A stretch of 64,000 nucleotides of DNA. It comes from Mobula birostris. Its lineage: Eukaryota. The notes beneath the pieces are model-generated. The model searched no databases and was not told where the DNA came from. It was given only the letters and a program-made list of their open reading frames with translations. This document shows, piece by piece, positions 14,307 to 27,950 of this stretch (the first letter of the stretch is position 1; each line of letters starts with the position of its first letter). The stretch is taken from the NCBI RefSeq assembly GCF_030028105.1, contig NC_092378.1:15208762-15272761 (forward strand), given 5' to 3'. The position numbers and the translations under genes are program-made.

Positions 14307-14406
14307 AGGTATGTTGCATCCGGAGTTTCTCCGGTTAGCCAATGATTTCCCTCCATGCCTCTCTGACGTAGTGGGGATTCGCGAACAAGGCAAGTTACAG
14401 CAGTGG
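14307..14406 (-). mobile_element. Short RTE-related insertion downstream of the LLPH stop codon (probable 3'UTR)
   Basis: CpG-containing 100-bp block flanked by TAGGAA direct repeats at 14301-14306 and 14407-14412. Confidence 0.5.
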
Positions 14407-14756
14407 TAGGAACAGGAAAATGTTTTATCTCCCCTTTTCCTTTGTGATTATTACATTTCCCCCATTTTTACATTTTATAGTGCATTTACATTAAAATCAA
14501 ATAATAGCTAGTGTATATAAAGTTGCTGTGTCAATTAATCTGAAACATTTTCTGATTAATGTTATTTTAATGTTCAAGTTAGCTACAAACTTTAACAAAG
14601 ATGCAGAATACATTAAGATTACATGAAGCATACATTTCCCAGAGAATGTATTATGATATTACTTCAGTCAGCATATCATTCAATGCCGAATCTTTTGCTG
14701 TTTCCCATCTTCTTAAAACATAAAAACAAGTTCTTGTGTACTTTGTTTTCACATAT

Positions 14757-14920
14757 TTACCACGCTAATCCCTTTGGACATTTTGATTTTCCTTTCTTTT
14801 TCAACTGGTACTTAATCTTCTTTCTTTGTCTTGGATGCATCCATATTGGATATTGTCCATGTTCATCCAAAAATGTCTTTTTGTTCCTTTTTTTGTCTAC
14901 GTCCATGCTAGAAGCTTCAT
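14757..14920 (-). CDS. LLPH: LLP homolog, last coding exon (DEASSMDVDKKRNKKTFLDEHGQYPIWM...GLAW*)
   Basis: Conserved LDEHGQYPIWM motif and basic C-terminus ending in W; acceptor cccAG at 14922-14921, phase 1 matches the upstream exon; total CDS 363 nt. Confidence 0.96.
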
Positions 14921-15771
14921 CTGGGAAGATTATGGTTGTATGCATCAGAGTTAAGCCACAAGTTCAAAATCTCAAATCATCAACATCAAGTATTGGCAAA
15001 TTGCAAATTAACCCAATAAAATATTGACTCCTGGAAGATTTGCTATTCAAAGTAACAAGCAGCGGCATCACACAAACCAACTAGGTCCAATTGAAATACA
15101 TGGTCAATGGTGAGTTAATCTGGTTTTCAGATGACTCTAGAGATAGCGTTATTTGCTGCAGGATCTTTAGGTTACGACGGAGTCAAGGCTCACAGATGAT
15201 TTAAATTATTTGTTCATTCAAGAATTTAAGAGCACTGAGTTCTCACTGTTTTTATTTACATTAAAAAACTTAAAATAATTTCAAACTTTAGCTTAAAATT
15301 GATAATGTATCTTTATGGAATAAAATAAAAATAATGGAAATAAACTTGGAGCAAAAAAGAAACACAAATGTTGAGAGATGTAAACCAAAAACAGAAAGCT
15401 AGAAGTGGTCAGCAGGTCAAACCGTACTAGTGGGCAGAGAAGGGTCTGGAATCAAGCTGTCAACCCCAGTTCATTGAAACTGGTCTAACTGCTGGGAGCT
15501 TCTAGCGTTCTCCATTATTCCACAAATAATTTGTCAGGTACACCTAAATTTCATTACTGAATGAAATCAAACTTGTTTGAGATATCCCATTAGTCTGTAA
15601 CTACTCAGTTTTTCTTCCTCTACATAATTAATGATACGCTCCAATTTTAACTCCCCTATAACTTAGTTTATGACTTCTCCTGGAATTCTAAGGCTTTTTA
15701 AGCCCACTTTCATCAATTTTAATCCAACTCCCTCGATGCTTCTCTTCTCAAATCATTAAAAAAAAATATAC

Positions 15772-15970
15772 CGTTTTCTGCAGCTGGCTTCTGTTGGAGT
15801 TTTTCAGAAGAGACGACAGTTGCAATTTCTTTAATATCATTCATATTAATGTCACCACTCTGATTCATTCCCAGTACACTTTTCAGACGTGCAAGCTCCT
15901 TTGGTGCATTCTTCTTCCGTTTTTCTGCTCGCATCTTCCGCTTCCGTTTACTCCTTAAACTTTTTGCCAT
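15772..15970 (-). CDS. LLPH: LLP homolog, first coding exon ([30 protein letters not shown]...)
   Basis: Hallmark LLPH N-terminus; acceptor AG at 15980-15979, 8 nt before the ATG; donor G|GTATAT at 15772/15771. Confidence 0.96.
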
Positions 15971-16589
15971 TCTTTATGCTGTATTTGAATAAAAATGAAA
16001 TTACATAATTCCTCGTTTAAACAGAAAACTGCACATTGAATAAGTGACAAATCTTGCTTCCTAAAACTGCACGCTGAATGTCCCAAATATAAATTTTAAT
16101 ACTGATTTCTGTTACCCAGCACATACAATTTGGAATTCACTGTCTTCAAGTTCAATTCTAACACACTCCAAGCTAACAATGCCCATCTTACCAGGGCCCT
16201 GGGATGTAAAATAGAATCATATTCTGCAGTGCATCAGCTTTTACCAGCAATAAACAAAAAGCAATATGTTAATTTTTTTTGGGACACGTTTTATCTGATA
16301 TGAGCTTTTCCTACATAATAGCAAATTATTTATTTTGATTATTCAAGCACAACACAAGCAGAAAGAATACAAGATAGAACTTTTCTCTTATTTTTCAAAT
16401 TTTCCCTTCAATCCTTTTATTTAAGTTTATGGCTTGTCAGCATAACTCTTTGATATCCTTATGTACTTTGTAGGAAAATTGCAATCATTTAAGTTTTGAG
16501 TTTTGAAACTATCAAACATAAGCTTGTTATAGATGGTTGCATGAAATGTAAGGCTGTGATTAATAGGTGATTTTAACTTTCACGTGTTG

Positions 16590-17210
16590 ACTGGCACTCC
16601 AAGGACCGGATGGAATAGAGAACATGTACTCATCAGGAAAGTTTCCGTAATCAGTTTGTAGAAGTCCCAACTAGAGAGAGTGTGATACTGGATCTCCTTT
16701 TAGGGTGTGATACAGGGAAGGTGACAGAAGTGTATGCAGCGTACATTTTGTGAGCGTAATTCCAATAGTTCCAAGATAATTATGGAGAAGGATAGGGCTG
16801 GTCTTAGGATTAAGGTACTAAATAGGAGAAAAACTAATTTTGATATCAGACGTGATATGGCAGGTGTGGGTTGAGATGGATTGCTTTCCTGCAAAGATAC
16901 CTGGTAAGTGAAGGGGCCAGCCTCCAAAAGTGAAATATTGAGAGTGCAGATCTGTATGTTCCTGTTAGAATAAAGGGCAAGGCTAACAGGTTTAAGGAAC
17001 CTTGCTTATCGAGAAATATTGAGGCCCTGATAAAGAAAACGGAAGTGTCTATCAGGGATAAGCAATCAGGAACAGCTTCAACAGTGTAAGAAATTGAAAA
17101 GGACACTACGGAAAGAAGTCAGAAGGGCTAAAAGAGGACATGAGGTTGCTCTGGTAGACAAGGTGAAAGAGATTTTCAAGAGGTGCTTTAGATATATCAA
17201 GAGCAAATGG
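16590..17210 (+). mobile_element. CR1 ORF2 fragment in an LLPH intron
   Basis: Decayed PTRE-AILDL, LNWRK and KEVRRAKRGHE segments resembling the CR1 at 8.3-11.3 kb. Confidence 0.75.
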
Positions 17211-17678
17211 ATATCCCCAAATCACAAACTGCAGATTGGATGGGGCTAGTTCTGTTTGCCTTTCACCGACATGTGTGTTACAATACTTACAAAATGTGAC
17301 ACAAAGTCTACAGTTACTGCAGTGGGATAATCTGCCAGAAACGGTTAAAACTACAGCGAGGTGAGAACGTGAGAAGTCTACTACTGCATCACTATCTACC
17401 ACTACAACTTCCCTTAAATCCCTGAAACTTATCATATTTTGAAAGGAAGTTCACTTCGCTTTACTTGGTGAGTACACGCACTTTATTGCCACATTGAATT
17501 TACATATAATAGCAATTAAAAATATTTGCCTAAAATTATTTCCCGAGTTTTATTCTTACTAAACTATTTTTATTTTCATGTATATTCAATACTGTACTTT
17601 TTCATGAGATTATACTTATAATTCTTTGACGCTTACTATTTTTCTATAGAGCCTACTCACAAAATTGTATTTTCAGTT

Positions 17679-17693
17679 TGTGTGTGTGTGTGT

Positions 17694-17733
<40 letters not shown>
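17679..17733 (+). repeat. (TG)n microsatellite
   Basis: Direct TG repeat with one interruption. Confidence 0.95.
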
Positions 17734-17734
<1 letters not shown>

Positions 17735-17735
<1 letters not shown>

Positions 17736-20016
17736 CATTTCAAAGTGATAAGCAGCTCGGATATATTTGAAAAACTGAATTTATACAACAAGGAGTTACA
17801 AGGACAAAAACTGTAATCTCATATCATGCAAGGAGGCTACTACCGCTTTCCCTGGAAAACCTCAAAATTTTCAACAAGTTTATGGAATTTCCTTCACTGG
17901 TCAATCTTAAAATGGAATAGCAAGATAGTGATTTGATTGCATATCTTGATCATTTAAAACAACTGCACACTGATATGGAATTTAGGTTCAGAGACCTGCT
18001 GGAGATGCATATTGCAGATTGGTGGATCCATTTGGGGTGAATATGAATGATTTTGACACCACATTGCAAGAATGTCTTATTGAGCTGCAGTGATGTAACA
18101 GCTCAAACAAAACTCAAACACAGAAAGCAAAATTTTGGATAACTGTTAATATTCAAAATAAGTTTCCACAGCTCTGGGAGAAAGCAAAGTTGACTTTTTA
18201 AAATTCAGAGTCAGAATGAGGTTTATTATCACCGGCATGTGACGTGAAATTTGTTAATTTTGCAGCAGCAGTTCAATGCAATACCTAATCTAGCAGAGAA
18301 AAAGAAACAATTTTTTAAAAATTTAAAAAATAATAAGTAAATCAATTACAGTATATGTATATTGAATAGATTTTAAAATGTGCAAAAATAGAAATACTCT
18401 ATCTTAAAAAAAAGCGTCTAAAGATTCAACGTCCATTTAGAAATCGGATGGCAGAGGAGAAGAAGCTGTTCCTGAATCGCTGAGTGTGTGTGCCTTCAGG
18501 CTTCTGTACCTCCTACCTGATGGTAGCAGTGAGAAAAGGGCACGTCCTGGGTGCGGGAGGTCCTTAATAATGGACGCTGCCTTTCTGAGACACTGCTCCC
18601 TAAAGATGGCCTGCATACTTTGTAGGCTAGTACCCAAGATGGAGTTGACTAGATTTACAGCCTTCTACAGCTTCTTTCAGTCCTGTGCAGTGATACCAGA
18701 CAGTGATGCAGCCTGTCAGAATGCTCTCCATGGTACAATTGTATAAGTTTTTGAGTATATTTGTTGACATCCCAAATCACTTCAAACTCCTATTAAAGTA
18801 TAGCTGCTGTCTTGCCTTCTTTATAACAACATCAATATGTTGGAACCAGGTTAGATCCTCAGAGATCCTGACACCCAGGAACTTGAAACCACTCATTCTC
18901 TCCACTTCTGATCCCTCTATGAGGATTGGTATGTGCTCCTTCATCTTACCCTTCCTGAAGTCCACATTCAGGTCTTTCATCTTACTGACATTAAGTGCCA
19001 GGTTATGCTGCAGTGAGCATAGCACACATCCCTGAGGTGCGCCACTGTTGATTGTCAACGAGGAGGATATGTTATCACCAATCCGCACAGATTACGGTCT
19101 GCTTAAGAAGTTAGGGATCTAATTGCAGAGGGGGGTACAGAGGCCCAGGTTCTACAGCTTCTCAATCAGGATTGTGGGAGTGATGGTATTAAATGCTGAG
19201 CTATAGTTGATGAACAGCATCCTGACGTAGGTGCTTGTGTTGTCGAGGTGGTCTAAAGTCATGTGGAGAGCCACTGCGATTGCGTCTGTGTTGATCTATT
19301 GTGGCGATAGGCAAATTGCAATCGGTCCAGGTCCTTGCTGAGGCAGGAGTTCAGTCTAGTCACGACCAATCTCTCAAAGCATTTCATCGCTGTTGATGTG
19401 AGTGCTACCGGGTTTATAGTCATTAAGACAGCCCACATTCTTCTTCTTAAGCACTGGTATAATTGTTGCCTTTTTGAAACAAGTTGGAACTTCCACCCAT
19501 AGCAGTGAAAGATTGAAAATGTCCTTGAGTACTTCTGCTAGTTGGTCGGTACAGGTTTTCAGAGCGTTACCAGGTACTCCATCCAGACCTCCCGCCTTGC
19601 GAGGGTTCACTCTCTTTAAAGACAGCCTACTGGATTCCCACTATTTAGTTGAATGTAGCTTTAGTCAAGCTCTTAACCTGTATCAAAAGCTCGTAATCAT
19701 TTTAATGTTGTGAAGAGGTGATCCTCAATTTTCTTTAACCAAGTTGCAACCAGATATTCAAATACTTGCTAGTTTGCATCAGTCGCAAGGATCTCACTAA
19801 ATAGCTAAAGTAACAATATTAAGCGCTTTTTCATTGCTGGTTGGAAGAATATTGAATATATTATAAATAAAGTATCTTATTCAGAGCTTTGAAATAGTTT
19901 AATTTTTCATATATACCCGTATCATTTCATTTAACATATAATAGCTATAACCTATTAAAACATAAATATTGACTGGAACTTAGTACATTTGACCAAAAAG
20001 ATGTTAGGAACCACTG
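17735..20016 (+). mobile_element. Degenerate hAT transposase C-terminus split by a Rex1 LINE
   Basis: YLDHLKQLHTDMEFRFRDLL at about 17940-18000, YLVECSFS at about 19640, TIR-like TTAGGAACCACTG at about 20004-20016. Confidence 0.65.
18205..19628 (-). mobile_element. Rex1/Babar LINE RT and 3' end
   Basis: NPRKAGGLDGVPG, VPTCFKKATIIPV, GAPQGCVL, FKFLGVRISEDLTW, KAASIIKD. Confidence 0.9.
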
Positions 20017-20274
20017 TTGTACAAAGTATAGGTTATGAAAAATTACAGTGGAATATCTTGTGGGTTAAGGACACATAAGTGACTTTCAATCCAGATAAGA
20101 GTTATTGCATTCTGGGAGATCAAACTAGGCCAGGACTTGTACAGCGAATGGCGGAGCTCTGGGGAATGACATTATGACCCAAGTGTAAAGTCTGCAGAAA
20201 ACAGTGTCACAAATAGACAGGGTAGTGAAGAAAGCATTTGGCACACATACCGTCATCAGTCAGGGCACTGAATA

Positions 20275-22090
20275 ATCATCATAATCGGGTTTAATATCAT
20301 TGGCATATTTCGTGAAATTTGTTGTTTTGCAGCAGCAGTACACTGCAACACAATTAAAAAATAAATCTTACAAAAATATATAAAAAAATTAAACTAAGCA
20401 AGTAATGCAAGAAGAGAGCAAAAGGGAGGAATTGTTCATGGGCTTATTGTCCATTCAAAAATCTGATGACAACGTGGAAAAAGCTACTTCTGAAACGATG
20501 AATGTATGTCTTCAAACTCCTGTACCTCGTCCTTGATGGCAGCAATGAGAAGAGGGCATGTCCTGGATGTGGGGGGGGGTCTTTAACGATGGATGCCACC
20601 CTCTTGATGCACCGTCCTTCCAAGGTGTCCTGGGTGCTGGACAGGCTAGTGCCCATAAAGGAGCGGGCTGAGCTTACAACTTTCTGCAGCTTTTTCTGAT
20701 CCTGCGCAGTGGCACCACCATACCAGACAGTGGTACAACCAGTTAGAATGCTCTCCAAGGTACACCTGTAGAAATCTCTGTGTCTTTGGTGACAAACCAA
20801 GTCTCCTCAAACTCCTAATGAAATACAGCTACTGTTGTACCTTCTTTGTAACTGCATCAATGTGTTGGACCCAAGGTAGATCTTCAGAGCTATTGACACC
20901 CAGGAACTTGAAACTGGTCACCCTTTCCACTTCTGATCTCTCAATGAGAACTGGTGTGTTCCCCTTACTTCCTCTTCCTGAAGCCCACAATCAATTCCTT
21001 AGTCTCACTGACGTTGAATGCAAGGTTGTTACTGCGACACCATTCAACCTGCCGATAAATCTCATTCCTGTATGCCTCCTCATCACCATCCGAAATTCTG
21101 CCAACAATAATTGTGTTGTCAGCAAATTTATAGAGGGCCTAGCCATACGGTAGTGAGTGTAGAAAGAGTGGAGCAGTGGGTTAAGTGAGCACCAGTGTTG
21201 ACTGTCAGCAAGGAAATGTTATTTCTGATCTGCACTGACTGTGGTCTCCCAGTAAGGAAGCCAAGGATCCAATTGCACAGGGAGGTACAGAGATCCAGGG
21301 TTTAGAGCTTGTTGATTACAACAGAGGGTATGATTGTGTTGAACACCGAGCTGTAGTCAGTAAACAGCAGCACGATGTAGGTATTGCTATTGTCCAGGTG
21401 ATCCAAGGCCGAGTGGAGAGCCAGTGAGATTTTATCTGCTGTAAACCTATTGTGGTGACAGATAAATTGCAGTGGGTCCAGGTCCTTGCTTAGGCAGAAG
21501 CTGATTCTGGCCATGACCAACCTCTCAAAGCACTTCATCACAGTAGATGTGAGTGCAACTGGGCAAATCGTTGAGGCAGCTCATCCTGCTCTTCCTGGGC
21601 ACTGGTATGATTGTTACTCTTTTGAAGCAGGTGGGAACCTCCGACCGCAGCAGTGAGACATTGAAGATGTCCTTGAACACTCCCACCATTTGGATGGACA
21701 TGTCTGAAATGCCTTACCAGGTACACCATGAGGGCCTGATGCCTTGCAGAGGTTCACCTTTTGAAGGATGTTCTGACATCCGCCTTTGAGACAGAGATCA
21801 CAGGGCTGCCAGATGCTTCAGTGATTTGCACAGGTGTAGTTTTATTCTCCCTTTCAAAGCATGCATAAATGGCATTGTGCTCATCTGGGAGTGAAGCATC
21901 ACGGCCATTCATGATGTTAGGTTTTGCTTTGTAGGAAGTAAAAGCCTACAAACTCTGCCAGAGCTGATGAGCATTCGTTCATAACTTCAATCAAAATTCT
22001 TTTTTTCTCGCTCTTAAAATAGACTTCTTGGATTTCTTTTATCGTTCTGGATCACTGGTCTCGAATGCCACAGTCCTTGCCCTCAGTATA
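20275..22090 (-). mobile_element. Rex1/Babar LINE inserted in a plus-strand CR1 3' fragment (about 20040-20275 and 22090-22650)
   Basis: [36 protein letters not shown]; flanks carry CR1 LGLYSLECRRLRG. Confidence 0.85.
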
Positions 22091-23541
22091 GGAGATGAAA
22101 AGTTATGTCGCAGCTACATAAGATGTTGGTGAGGCAAATTTTGGTCACCCTTTTTATTGGGAGGGAGTAAATAAACACAATTAACCAGGATGTTGGCTGT
22201 ACTCGTGGGCCTGAGTTACAAGGAGAGATTGTGTAGACTAGGACTTTATTCCCTGGAATGTAGGAGATTGAGGGGCAATGACAGAGAGGTAGAAGATCAT
22301 GAAGGACTTATATACATACACAGGGTGAAAGCACATTGCCTTTTTCTCAGGGAGGTGATGCTGAAAAACAAGATGAAATAAGCTTAAGGTCAGAGCTGAG
22401 AGATTTAAATGGTTTGGCACATACTAGATGGGCTGAAGGGCCTGTTTCTGTGGTGTGGTGTAGTCTATTTAAAAGGGACATCAGGGGCAGCTTCTTCACA
22501 CAAAGGGTGGCGTGTATTTGGAACAAGCTGAGTAGGCATAATAGCAACATGGATGAGAGGCTTAGAGGGCTTTGGGACCAGCCCGCTGGCCAAAACAGCT
22601 AGCACAGACAAGTTAGGCCAAAGAACCTGTTTCCATGTAGTATGACTTTCTTGACACTCTATACTTTATAACTAGATCCACTACCACTTCTTCTGTAGTG
22701 GGACCATCAGCCACTTGCTCAAAAAGCTCCACAAGATACACTAAAAGTTGCACCCCTCTTTATATTTCACACTAAAGTGATCACATTCAATTTCAGAAAA
22801 GTTGAATACTCATTACTATAATCCTATTGCTCCTAGGTCTCTTAACTGTGTAGACATTATCAACTTCTACACCTTCTGCTGGGTGTTAAAAGGCTCGTGG
22901 TTTGTCTCCTATACTCACTGGCACACTTTGTTCCCATGTGACCTCATTTGATGAGCCTTTCAAGATACCGCCATAACTGCAATACCACTTCCTTTGCAAT
23001 GCCAGTCATACCTTAAGATTCCGTACCCTGGAATGCTCTAGTCCTGTCCTTTTAACTATTTATCTATGCTAGCATTTGTGCTGCTCAATAGCTCAGCTCC
23101 ATCTGCTTTACTATTCGGACTCCTTGCATTGAAATAGATACAAATTAACCTTGCATTCCTCCCACGACGGAATACTGAGTTTCCATTTAAATAGCATTTC
23201 AAAAGTTATTTAAAGCTCTCTGAAATAAAGCAATAAACTATCTACAATGGCGGATAGTGAGCGTCATACGCGGCCGTCGCAGAGCCCTCAGCCCATGTGA
23301 ACGCGGGGAGTACTGCCTGTGTTTGAAAGAAAGGCCAGGAGTTAACTGACGTTTGCCTCAAGCCGGTCGATCGATCCACAGGAGGGCCACGAGGAACTCA
23401 TGAAGCATCGACTATTCCTGACGGCAGGAATTTAAGGAAACAAAATGCCGCGTTCTCACGGTTGCCTGGACGTAACTCTCGGCTGCTCAAATCCTCGCTT
23501 ATAACAAAATAACCAGGGGGAAGAAAAATCGTTTTACTTAC

Positions 23542-23800
23542 GTCGGTCGCAACAGGCTGCCGCTCAGTACACACCACCGCTCACACGTGAAATGAGCGGC
23601 CCTGTCCCGGGGATTATGGGAACCTGGAGGATTACCTCAGTCCTCCCAACTCACGCCGCCTCCGGACGTTGCAACATACCGGGGTAAAAAAGAATCTCAA
23701 TCGCAATCGTAAACAAATAATCGAAATACAGACTATTTCCATATTTACAGACACACTATCGGTATATATAGATATAGGCCCGCTGTTGTCCTGCAAGCGA
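23542..23800 (-). promoter_or_regulatory. LLPH: LLPH CpG promoter and non-coding first exon
   Basis: CpG-rich region about 23230-23800; minus-strand donor GTAAGT at 23541-23536; E-box CACGTG at 23584-23589; the first coding exon begins with an acceptor and needs an upstream exon. Confidence 0.7.
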
Positions 23801-23909
23801 CGTGATTAGTATTTTCGCTTATTGGTTATATATGTTGGGCTCAAAGGGGTGAAATCCAGTTGTATTCAAGGAAAGGTTCCAAATTTCTTCTGGTATAGGT
23901 TTTCTTAAC

Positions 23910-24530
23910 AAAAACACGAGAAAGCCTGCAGATGCTAGAAATCCAAAGCAACACACACAAATGCCAGAGGGACTCCGCAGGTCAGGCAGCATCTATGGAA
24001 AGGGGTAAACAGTCGATGTTTCGGGCCGAGACCCTTGTTCAGGATTGAGAAGGTGGAAGATGCAAGAATAAAGAGGTGGGAAGTGGAGAGTGGACAACAG
24101 GAGAAAGAAAAGAATAAAGTTATTCTGTCTGAGTACCCTCCAATTTGATGGGACGAATAGTGATTTCTCCTTCTGGTGAACAAATCCACCCTCTCCCCAC
24201 CCCCATTCCTCCTTCCCCATTCCCCACTCTGATCCTTTCTTTCTCGTCACCTGCATATTACTTCCCCTGGGTCCCCTCCTTCTAACCTTTCTCCCACCCT
24301 TGACCTTTCCTACCCACCTGGCTTCACCTATCAGCTTCTAGTTAGCCTCTCCCCCCACCCCACCTTTTCATCCTTTCATCTTCCCTCTTCCTTATTAGTT
24401 TAATTCCTTATTAGATTTGATTTCCTACAAATCTCACTGCGGTCTTGGCCCAAAAAGTTGACTGTATACTCACTTCCTTAGATGCTGCCTGACTTGCTGA
24501 GTTCCTCCAATATTTTGTGTGTGTTGAAGT
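23910..24530. mobile_element. Penelope-like element fragment with inverted terminal repeat parts
   Basis: Minus terminal repeat about 23910-24110; plus-strand GIY-YIG C-terminal remnant, pyrimidine tract and terminal repeat about 24135-24530; both hammerhead motifs degenerate. Confidence 0.75.
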
Positions 24531-25089
24531 TTTCTTAAAGCAATGTGGCAATTTTGGTGTGAAAGATTTTCTGACAGTAGAGATACCAGGTGTACGGTAT
24601 TGACCAGCAAACATGTATCCTGATCTCCATTTATTCAATCTCTGTTTCAAACTTTGTAATTTTGTGATAATGTGAACGGACAACAGTCAGGATGAAGAGT
24701 TTTACCTAGGCAGTCCGTATAGGTCAAGGATGACTTGCTTTGTTTTGTTTTGGAATCTGAGATGAGTGATGAAACCAAGGTGGGCTGAAAGAGAAGCCTG
24801 TTGGTGTTCTGTAAATTAGTGAACTCCTGCTGTTTATCTAGGCTTTGTATGTTCCTGTTGCATAGACTTGATGTTCTCAGAATCAACCTGTATATGCCTT
24901 CTTCATTTTGAGCAATCAAGGCCCAGGGATTCTAAGAACCAATGCATATGTCACATTTTCCAAGGAAACTTTGAGTACATCCTGAAACCTCGTCCACTCT
25001 CCTCCTCGTAGTAGCCTTTTACCATGACTGAATTCAGGCGTACAAGTAATGTGGCTTCCCCAAGAAAGCCAACTGACTGTAAATTGGGG

Positions 25090-25517
25090 TCATGATGCAG
25101 AGGTTAGTCTCCCAGACGATGGAGGAGGAAAAGAGTAGAGGTCATGGGTGGTGGGATAAGGAAAAACAAGAGGCCTGGACCAGAGGAGAAGTTGGAGAAA
25201 TTGACGGTTATGCTGCCAGGTCAGTGACTACCAAAGCTGGCTTTGAGGCGCAGATCCTCAATCTGTTCCTGGCCTCAACCTGACAGTAGAGGAGGCCATG
25301 ACAGACATGTCAGTACGGGACTGGGAAATGGCCTCCAGGAGATCCTGGATGTTATGGTGGAGGTGCTCGATGAAGCAATCCCTCCATCTCTCTTGGGTCT
25401 CATTGATGTGGGGAAGACCACATTGGGACTACCAAATGCATGAATGATGCCATTAGTTGCACAATTGAAGGGTTGGCTCACCTCAAAGGAATGTTTAGAT
25501 GCCTGATAATGGTGAGA
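25090..25517 (-). mobile_element. Decayed Penelope-like GIY-YIG region
   Basis: KHSFEVSQPFNC...GII resembles RQSFQVRRHFTC...GVIY of the 50.8 kb copy. Confidence 0.6.
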
Positions 25518-25663
25518 GACCATAATATGTAGGAGCAGAATTAGGCCATTCGGCCCATTGCATGCTCCATCCAATTTTCCTCTCAGCCCCAATCTCTTGC
25601 CTTCTCTCTGTATCCCTCATGCCCTGACCAATCAAAAATCTGTCAACCTCTGCCTTAAATATA

Positions 25664-26212
25664 TGTAACCCTCAGGTTCTGTCAGCTGCTTAAGTCTAGG
25701 GGAGACAATCTCTGGCCCCACCAAACGTGTGAGATTGAGGTGCAAAACCTCCTGTTTGTGTGGATGCTGTGTGATGTGTTACCCTGTTACAAATCAGTAT
25801 TTCGTGGTACACCATATGCACTTAAACGATTTAGCTTTATAATTCTTAATTTGACTAAAGGGTTAGTAAAGTAAAACAAAAAGGGCCCATTTTAATGAAA
25901 CAGTCTAATGTGCACATTATTGGAGTTCATGGCTTCCTTTCCTTTGGTCCTTCCGGGCTTCATCGACTCCTGGCCCACTTCATGTCTACACCATCCCAGT
26001 GTCTACGACCTCTTCTTTCTGGCATCTTCTCTCTTCATCTTCCACCAAACAAAAGGCCCAGATCACTTCGTTCTCAGGCACACAAGAAAAAAAAACTCCC
26101 TTCATTGGATGGGGTACATTCCAAAGCTCCTGCTATCTCTAGCCATAACCCAAACACTGTTTCTACAGAAAAACTATCACATTGGCAGTGAAACCTTTCC
26201 CAGGGTGTTATA
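25664..26212. mobile_element. Probable solo LTR (Gypsy-like) inserted in a CR1 3' end
   Basis: Ends TGTAACCC...GGGTGTTA(T)A, 4-bp TATA duplication, CR1 sequence resumes on both sides. Confidence 0.55.
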
Positions 26213-26304
26213 TATACAGAAATACTTGGCCTCACAGCTGCCTGTGGCAAAGAATTCCACAGATTCACCATTCTCTGGCTAAAGAAATTCCTCATCTCTG
26301 TTCT

Positions 26305-26850
26305 AAAAGGACGGAGAGGAGGTGTAGGGACAGGTATGACATTTTGCAGAGTTACGGGGATAAGTGCCTGGAGAGGGATGAGCAGACAAGGAACTGCCAA
26401 CTACATAAATGACACCAATGAGTGAACAAGTAAAAGATTGCCTCGTGTGGAAGGGACGTTTAGGTCCCTGATGGTGGTGAGAGAGGAGGTGTAGGGGCAG
26501 GTATAACACTGAGCCCAGTTACAGGGAAAAGTGTCTGGAGGGGGATTGCTAGGGGGAACCAGACAAACGAGTCATGGAGAGAGCAATCCTTGTGGAATGT
26601 GAAGAGGTGTGAGGAAAGATGTATCTGGTGGGATTGTTTTGGAGATGGCAGGCGTTGCAGAGGCTCATGGGTCATAGGTGGGTACAAGGATTCACTTATC
26701 ACGTGCCAGTTCTCACTCCACACCCTTTCATATTGGCCATCTCTTTCTTTCCGGTCCTGAAGATCTCAACCCAAAACATCGACTGTCCATTTCCCGCCAT
26801 AGATGTGCTGGACCTGCTGTGTTCCTCCAGTATTTTGTGTGTTGCTCTAC
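26305..26850. mobile_element. Penelope-like fragments: minus-strand internal part plus plus-strand terminal repeat
   Basis: QGPKRPFHTRQSFTCSLIGVIY on the minus strand; degenerate hammerhead and GCTGGACCTGCTGTGTTCCTCCAG at about 26753-26845. Confidence 0.7.
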
Positions 26851-27324
26851 ACTCCTTATATGTTGTCTACTACATAAAATGAAGACAGCTGATGGAATAA
26901 CACAGTGAGCCTAAGCTTGAAGTGCTAACACATCCAAGGTGAAGACTGTGGGCAACAACAAATAACGTAATGTTTTCTCTGATAACCAGGTGCCCACAGG
27001 AACTATAATTTCCTTCTCACTGGTTTTGTTCAGTCAAGGGAAAAATATGCTTCCCTCATATTTTATGGTTACATTTAGCATAAGTATACATGAGAAATGT
27101 GGCCCATGTAGTTCAAAATCAAACAGTAATCTGAGGCTGCTGAGAAGGTGTAAATGCAAGCTGGAAGTCTTGCCTTCAAGTCAGAGAGGGATCCACTTGT
27201 GTGGAAGCCTAACTTCTCACTGCTTCTAGGTATAGAACTGGCTAGGCTGCATTTCAAAACCTCATCCTGATCAATACTTCTGGTGTACTTGTTCTCACCT
27301 CAGCACTTGAATAGGTAACATGAT

Positions 27325-27950
27325 ATGATTAGATTAGATTAGATTATGAGGACACTCAGTCCTCTTTTATTGTCATTTAGAAATGCATACAATGTTTCTC
27401 CGGAGTGATATCACAGAAAACAGGACAAACCAAAGACTAACACTGACAGAACCACATAATTATAACATATAGTTACAGCAGTGCAAAGCAATACCATTAT
27501 TTGATGAAGAACAAATCATGAGCACGGTAAATAAAGCCTCAAAAGTCCCCAAGTCGATCGACTCCCGAGTCCCCGATAGCGGGCGGCAAAAGGGAGAAAG
27601 TCCCTGCCATAAACCTCCAGGCACCGTCAACTTGCCGATGCCTTAGAAGCAGCCGACACCGAGTCCATCCGTCCGAAAACTTCGAGCTTCCGACCAGCCT
27701 CCCGAGCGCCTTTGACCTCGCCCCAGCCGCTGAAGCAAGCAAAGCCGAGGATTTCGGGGCCTTCTGCTCCGGAGATTCCGGTTACCACACAGTAGCAGCG
27801 GCAGCGAAGCGGGCATTTCAGAAGTTTTCCAGATGTTCCTCTGTACTCTCACATCCGTCTCCATGAAATCAGAATTGTGCACGGTCCCCTACTTGACAGA
27901 TAACTGACATCACCACCGAAGTGGCCGCGTGCACTGCCATCTTCTCCTCC
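27325..27950 (-). mobile_element. Non-autonomous non-LTR element with GC-rich head and (CTAAT)n tail
   Basis: Minus-strand 5' GGAGGAGAAGATGGC, CpG-rich body, AATAAAA followed by a GAGGAC/GTCCTC hairpin and pentamer tail. Confidence 0.55.
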